Assembly (NCBI RefSeq): GCF_001194135.2
Contig: NC_068987.1
Span: 72,063,420 to 72,119,977 of the forward strand
Direction: 5' to 3'
DNA from: Octopus bimaculoides
Lineage: Eukaryota
DNA: 56,558 bases
Shown here: one piece after another, positions 49,631 to 56,558 of the stretch
Position numbering within the stretch: position 1 is the first letter of the stretch
Layout: every line of letters starts with the position of its first letter
Position numbers and translations under genes: made by a program
The notes under the pieces: generated by a model
The model's database searches: none
What the model saw: the letters and a program-made list of their open reading frames with translations, nothing else
What the model was told of the DNA's origin: nothing

Positions 49631-50655
49631 GGAGGTTTGATCAGTTACCTGGACTGTATCGAAGCAGAGGATAACAGCTTAGGGTAGTATATAAAAAATG
49701 CCGTGGAGCCACTCTGTTGCAACACACGAAGAAAGCCGGCGTCATTACAACTGAAAATTGTGTAACTAAAGAAAAATTTAAACAAGAAATGAACAAAAAA
49801 GAAAAAAGCATGGAAGGAAAAGAAAATGTACGGTCAGTTTGCAAGAGATATGAAATCCAAGACAGATACAGAGGACCGGTGGCTATGGATGAGGAGGAGT
49901 GACCTGAAGATAGAGACAGAGGAACTCATATGCGCAGCTCTGGTTCAAGCGTTAAGGACCAATTATATGGAATACAGAATAGACAACACTACCCATTGCG
50001 ACAAATGCAGAATGTGTGGTGAGAGGGGCGAAACAGTATGGCACATCGTTAGCGAATGCCCCGAAATTGGCACAACGCGAATACAAAAGAGGCCATGACA
50101 ATGTGGCAAGAATGATCCATTGTGAGCTCTGTGGAAATCACGGTCTACAAAGAGCAAAGACGTGGTATGGGCAAACTCCAGGAGTCACCGAAAATGAGAA
50201 TTGAAAAATCCTGTGGAATGCAATGACCTAGTGCGATCATCCGACCAGACATTGGAAATCGGACATTGTTGTAGTGAATAAAAAAGAAAGAACATGTATG
50301 ATAATCGACAGAGCATGCTCAGGTGACAACAGGATCAATGTGAAAGGAGAAGAAAAAATAAACTATGACGATTTGAAGTGGGAAATACGAAGGTTGTGGT
50401 CAATGAAGAGAGTAGACGTGATACCAATAGTAATTGGTGCACTTGGAAGTATCAGCACTCAACTACCAGCATGGCTGAAAAAGATTGAGGCAAGTATGAA
50501 GGTAGAACACCTACAAAAATTAGCATTGCTTGAAACTGCAAGAATTCTTCGCAGGGTTCTTGAAGCATGACCAGTAAACAAGTGTCACCTTAGACTGCTG
50601 GCTGTAGACAGCTGACTCTTTCCATCATACCCAGCAAAATAAGCTGTGAGTTTTC

Positions 50656-50657
<2 letters not shown>
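49631..50657 (+). mobile_element. Dong-type RLE retrotransposon, 5'-truncated, with a (TAA)n tail
   Basis: GGLIS.., MYGQFARD..SDLKIETE.LICAA..QALRTNY, CRMCGERGETVWHIVSEC, IVIGALG..LQKLALLETARILRRVLEA*. Confidence 0.93.
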
Positions 50658-50701
<44 letters not shown>

Positions 50702-51353
50702 TAATAATAATTCCATCGTACCCAGCAAAATAAGCTTTTTTCATCACATAATAATAATAATAATNNNNNNNNNNNNNNNNNNNNNNNNNNNNNNNNNNNN
50801 NNNNNNNNNNNNNNNNNNNNNNNNNNNNNNNNNNNNNNNNNNNNNNNNNNNNNNNNNNNNNNNNNNNNNNNNNNNNNNNNNNNNNNNNNNNNNNNNNNNN
50901 NNNNNNNNNNNNNNNNNNNNNNNNNNNNNNNNNNNNNNNNNNNNNNNNNNNNNNNNNNNNNNNNNNNNNNNNNNNNNNNNNNNNNNNNNNNNNNNNNNNN
51001 NNNNNNNNNNNNNNNNNNNNNNNNNNNNNNNNNNNNNNNNNNNNNNNNNNNNNNNNNNNNNNNNNNNNNNNNNNNNNNNNNNNNNNNNNNNNNNNNNNNN
51101 NNNNNNNNNNNNNNNNNNNNNNNNNNNNNNNNNNNNNNNNNNNNNNNNNNNNNNNNNNNNNNNNNNNNNNNNNNNNNNNNNNNNNNNNNNNNNNNNNNNN
51201 NNNNNNNNNNNNNNNNNNNNNNNNNNNNNNNNNNNNNNNNNNNNNNNNNNNNNNNNNNNNNNNNNNNNNNNNNNNNNNNNNNNNNNNNNNNNNNNNNNNN
51301 NNCACCATACTTTTTCCGAGCAATCGCTCAACATTCGACGCAATACCAAATAG

Positions 51354-51403
<50 letters not shown>

Positions 51404-51428
51404 GTTATTGTTGTTGTTGTTGTTGTTG

Positions 51429-51484
<56 letters not shown>

Positions 51485-52330
51485 TTGGTTTGGCTTAGAT
51501 TTGGTCTTATTCCTGGTAAGGATTATGTGGATAGCAGAATACTACCTCCAACCTTAGGTATCCACAAGTTTTCAGCAGTCTTTCAAATGCTTAGACTCTT
51601 CTTGATAATCTTTGCTGTCCCTAAGAGACAAACTTTCTGTAGGAGCTCCACCAGGCATTCTATTTCAATCTCCTTCAGCCATTTGTCTATATCTTGGTTT
51701 ACTCTTCCCAACGCACCAATTATTATAGGTACGACCTTTACTGTTCGCATACTCCAAATTCTTCCTATTTCAAATTTTAAGGAATTATATTCTTGTGTTT
51801 TTCTTCTTCTTTCTCTACGATCCTGGGCTCAAACGGGCATGATGGGTCGATAAGTAAGCAACTTCCCTTTTCCTATTTTCTAATTTCTTGTCCATTTGAA
51901 TAGGAAAGTTCCACAAAATTTTACATTTCTCCAACTCCAGTACTCTTTCGATTCGATGATTGTACCATGTGTTTCCAGTTTCAAATCCCCATTTCTGGGA
52001 GTTTCCTGTGTATAACTTTTACAACTTAGCCGTGCTTCCATTTCTTATATTCTTCTTGCGCCACCTTGGAGCATTCTTCCACAATGTGTGCTACTGTCTC
52101 GTTTCAAGTTCCACACGCTCTACATTTTTCTGATACATTCTCTCCATATATATTTTTTTCTCAAGCTGTTTGTTTTTATCGCTTAATCCCTGGCTACTAC
52201 AATTAGGCTCCCTATTTCTTTTTTTAATTGCCCTTTTTAACCAAGTCTAGGATTTTGTTCCACATACATCTTCAGTGGCTCTCCAAAATTGGCCTTCACA
52301 ATCTGTCTGACGTGCTCTCATTGTTTCATT
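51485..52330 (-). mobile_element. Dong-type RLE retrotransposon 3' end, convergent with 49631-50657
   Basis: WYNHRIERVLELEKCKILWNFPIQMD..LLIDPSCPF..VPIIIGALG..LQKVCLLGTAKIIKKSLSI*; tail is (TAA)n on the minus strand at 51355-51484. Confidence 0.88.
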
Positions 52331-52377
52331 CTTGATTATTATTATTATCATTGTTGTTGTTGTTGTTGTTACTATTA

Positions 52378-52890
52378 TAAGGTGGCGAGCTGGCAGAATC
52401 GTTAGCATGCCGGGCAATATGCTTAACAGTATTTCGTCCGTCTTTGTGTTCTGAGTTCAAATTCCACCGAGGTCGACTTTGCCTTTCATCCTTTCGGGAT
52501 CAGTAAGATAAGAACTAATTGAACACTGGGGTCGATGTAATCGACTTAACCCCTCCCACAAAATTTCAGTCTTGTGCCTATAGTAGAAAGGATTATTATT
52601 ATTATTACTACAACTACTATTACTACTACAACTACTATTACTACTACAACTATACCACTACTATTACTGAAATTAGTAGAGCAGCAGACAAAGGGACTTG
52701 TGACATTTAGTGACGTCCCATTACATTCGAATCTCATCATAGTCGACTTTTACTTTTCATTTTTTTTTCTTCTTAGAATCAATAGCATAAATACCAACCA
52801 AATGCTGGGGTCCGTTGCAATCAACTATACCAGTCCGCTTGAAAATGCATCGACTTGTACCTCTGTTAAAAACCACTATTTTATTCCTTC
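52378..52890 (+). mobile_element. SINE family B, full copy (52378-52595) followed by a highly diverged copy (52670-52890)
   Basis: The first matches consensus. The second retains gtcgacttt..tttcat, ataccaa..ctggggtc..caatcaacta and a cttgt.cc tail. Confidence 0.8.
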
Positions 52891-53486
52891 TGTTGTTATT
52901 ATCACGGTCTCGTGTCTGCTTTTGACTGTACTCTGTCTTTGTGATTCTCAATGATAAACAATACTGTGTTCTATTATCACGTTTCACTGTCTTGCAGCAA
53001 ATCTGTTGAGATTGGTGCAAGTTTTAGTTTTATTTCTTCATATATTTATTTGTTTTTGTTTCGTCCCCATTGTTTTCGTTTCATTGTTTTCCTCTTGGTT
53101 GCTATAGAGATGGAGCTGGAGCTGTCTATATCTACACCGTTGTATATTTTGATGGTTGTATAAAATTGTTATATCATTGGGAATGTCCTTCAGAGAAAGA
53201 AAATGTGTGTGCTGAAGTGAAATGCTGTTTGTGAGTGTATGAAGGCGATGGGGAGCGGGGCGTTAAGGGGGAGTGTTTATAATGTGTTGTGAGTGAGTCC
53301 TGGCATAGCTTTTAAGTTTATTTTTTATTTTTTATTTTTATCTATTATTCTTTATTTATTTATTTTTTTTTTTAATTTTTATACTTCATGTTTTATTTTA
53401 TTTTTATTTTTGTAAGGTTCGGTTTCATAATTCAGAACATTGTTCTTTTTCTTATGATGATGATTACTATCGTGAATAACAATAAG

Positions 53487-53660
53487 AATTGGTAGAACAG
53501 CGCAGAGAAAATTCTTGCAATATTTAGTTACGTTCCTTTATCTTCTGGGTTCAAATCCCGTCCAGACTGACTTTCACTCCCGCCATTCCGAACTCAATGA
53601 AATGAAATACCATTCAGTACCAGTATTTAGTGCAACTTACTTAGTTCTTGTAATACTGGC
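53487..53660 (+). mobile_element. Diverged SINE family B
   Basis: tggtagaacagcgcag..gggttcaaatccc..gactgactttc..aaataccattc. Confidence 0.55.
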
Positions 53661-53719
53661 CACCCTGAGTTCTAGCTCATTTTTATTCTATATATATGTA
53701 TGTATGTATGCATGTATGT

Positions 53720-53762
<43 letters not shown>

Positions 53763-54332
53763 TACACATATGTATATGTATGTATGTATGTATGTATATA
53801 TATGTGTGTGTGTGTATATATATGTGTATGTATGTGTGTATGTATATATATATATATATATATATNNNNNNNNNNNNNNNNNNNNNNNNNNNNNNNNNNN
53901 NNNNNNNNNNNNNNNNNNNNNNNNNNNNNNNNNNNNNNNNNNNNNNNNNNNNNNNNNNNNNNNNNNNNNNNNNNNNNNNNNNNNNNNNNNNNNNNNNNNN
54001 NNNNNNNNNNNNNNNNNNNNNNNNNNNNNNNNNNNNNNNNNNNNNNNNNNNNNNNNNNNNNNNNNNNNNNNNNNNNNNNNNNNNNNNNNNNNNNNNNNNN
54101 NNNNNNNNNNNNNNNNNNNNNNNNNNNNNNNNNNNNNNNNNNNNNNNNNNNNNNNNNNNNNNNNNNNNNNNNNNNNNNNNNNNNNNNNNNNNNNNNNNNN
54201 NNNNNNNNNNNNNNNNNNNNNNNNNNNNNNNNNNNNNNNNNNNNTATATATATATATATATATGCATGTATATATATATATGTGTGTGTGTGTATACATA
54301 TATATGTGTATACATATATATATGTATGTGTG

Positions 54333-54365
<33 letters not shown>

Positions 54366-54719
54366 ACATATATATAGTGTATTTGTGTATGTAATAATGA
54401 GTAATTTAATATACGTACCACTGTAAACGTTCTCTCGTTTTCTCGTCTCCCTCTGCGGTCTCACGTGAAACCGCAGGTTTTACATCAGAGTTTCCCTCCC
54501 CTAGAAAGAAGCTACGACACTAGCTTGGTATCTCTCACTCCCAGTGATTTTATTTGCGCTCCCTAACACCAACCAAGAGTATTTCTACGTCCCCGTTCTC
54601 AGATGGAATGTCATCACATATTCAAGTTATCCCACAGCTGGGGCGGATCTGTAATTTCCGAACCAGAGTACCGCCACCAGATGTAGATTAAGAGCATGCC
54701 CGGGACATACACAGATAAG

Positions 54720-55706
54720 CTCTGTGTTAGCAGAAAGCTCTGGGATGACACTATCATTGATAATCAAAGCAGTCTACCAAGGATCAACAACCGGATTTCT
54801 AATTCCCACTTTGAAGGGTATGCATTTGCAATCCATGAACAGGAAATATCAACCAAATACCTAATGCATAAAATGGACAGAAACTCAGACAAAACACCAA
54901 AATATGATAACCGATGCAGATTTTGTGGAGTTAATACCGAAGATATCACTCAGATTATAAGCAGTTGACCGAAAATGTCATCACGGTATTATCTACCGAT
55001 GAGACATGATGTTGTTTCTAGGACACTGTAAATGAAATTCGTCGGAAGGATATCCCTGAAGCCAAAGAAATAAGAACCCACAGTATGGTAGAAACTATAA
55101 CCACTTATAATAAGAGTACTGGTGGGATGTCCCTGTGAAAACCTCAATAGAATGTAAACATAATATACCTGACATAGTGATTTTGGATGGAGAACAAAAA
55201 CTGTGTACAGTTGTGAAAATGAGCTGCTCAACGGATATTAACATAAAGCTAAAGATCAGCGAAAAAGAAAATACCTATGCTGAAGAATTAAGAAATCTGC
55301 AGTTACTCTACCCAGATTACAAGTTCAGGCTTATACTTATAATTATTGCCACACTAGGATGTGTAATACACTGCTAAAATACCAATCTTAAGAAAAGGAG
55401 AAAGCTGATTCGAAGACTACAGATCCAAGCCATCACTGGAACTGTAAAAAATCTGTAAAAGTTTCTAGTTTATCATTTAACTAATAGGCGCATGTCTAGA
55501 CATGCAACTATATGCATGAGAATACATACATAAAACAAAACACAAATCTGCACATGCACTGACTCTAAATACTGAACCACACATACATAAATGCAAAAAT
55601 ACCCTGTTGATGTTGTTGAAATTCCAATGAAGGAGCCTTGGATCTAGGTTAAAAGCCGGCTCTTTCTCTATTGGCAAGAAATCTTGAAATAAAACTGAAT
55701 AATGGC

Positions 55707-55708
<2 letters not shown>
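54720..55708 (+). mobile_element. Second copy of the (CATA)n-associated RLE family, with complete 3'UTR
   Basis: Aligns with 30390-31261 (SHFEGYAFAIHEQEISTKY, CRFCG, EKENTYAE.LRNLQLLYPDYKF); it ends in (TACA)n at 55709-55808. Confidence 0.92.
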
Positions 55709-55739
<31 letters not shown>

Positions 55740-55808
55740 CATACATACATACATACATACATACATACGTACGTACGTACGTACATACATACATACATAC
55801 ATACATAC

Positions 55809-56053
55809 AAGCACAGAAGATGGTTTACAGTGTGTTTTGAACGTTTAGCCTTACAACAATGCCAACATGAAAAAGACTAAATAAGTAAATGGTTTGCTTT
55901 TTCCTTCTTTTACAAATAAGAGAAGCACCTTTTACTCATCAACTTAGCTTCATTCATACAAGATTCTGAAAATATTTTCAACCTCGAAGAACTTCGAATT
56001 ACGATCTTGGCTGACACCGATAACAGCAATACTACCAATATTAACATCAACAT
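55809..56053 (+). mobile_element. Diverged copy of the RLE 5' segment ('R') between (CATA)n arrays
   Basis: ttttgaacgttt, taaataagtaaatggttt, aaataagagaagcaccttttact and tcttggctgacacc align with 31529-31764 and with the reverse complement of 19142-19345. Confidence 0.65.
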
Positions 56054-56357
56054 AGACATACATATACACATACATACATACATACATACATACATACATA
56101 AATACATACATACATACATACATACATACATACATAAATACATACATACATACATACATACATACACACACACACACTGATATGACAATCATTGTCTTTT
56201 TGACAGACGACAAACAAAACCACCGACAGACGGTTGGCCAACATAATGTATAAAGACAAGTGCTGTTGTCGGTATGTTTACATGTAGACTTGCACCCGCC
56301 ATGTCCTTTACACACCTAAGTAAATATGTATAACATGTTTGCCTATGTATGTATGAA

Positions 56358-56407
<50 letters not shown>

Positions 56408-56558
56408 CACATATATCAAATATATATATATGTATGTATGTATGTATGTATCAAATACATATATAGATTTATAGATTGCTGTACACATATCTGTGTGTAT
56501 ACATATGCATGTGTGTATACATATGCGTGTGTGTATATCTGTGTATACATATATATAT

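Noticed and set aside
52777-52954. Apparent terminal exon encoding a hydrophobic GPI- or TM-like tail
   Set aside because: The acceptor and most of the ORF align with a diverged SINE-B copy; the hydrophobic end comes from a decayed ATT/GTT tail.

Overview
A repeat-saturated, AT-rich animal genomic window with many N-gaps flanked by microsatellites. The SINE families and microsatellite density suggest an octopus-like cephalopod draft assembly (inference). I found no supportable host protein-coding exon, tRNA, rRNA or CRISPR array. Most long ORFs in the track are artefacts of N-runs and simple repeats. The recognisable content is: decayed non-LTR retrotransposons (several restriction-like-endonuclease R4/Dong-type families, one HERO-like, three RTE, three Tx1/L1-like, one CR1-like); two Penelope-like elements; one mariner and one Tc1 pseudo-transposase; a 272-bp foldback element; and about 35 tRNA-head SINE copies in four families, which I label A-D. 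The most interesting observations are: (1) an intact minimal type-I hammerhead ribozyme directly behind a TATA box at 11024-11073; (2) a cluster of three related hammerhead motifs at 27655-28215; (3) a (CATA)n-associated RLE retrotransposon whose 5' ~250 bp recurs immediately downstream of 3' ends at two separate loci, an LTR-like or tandem read-through arrangement; (4) a SINE tail shared with the region downstream of a Tx1 ORF2.
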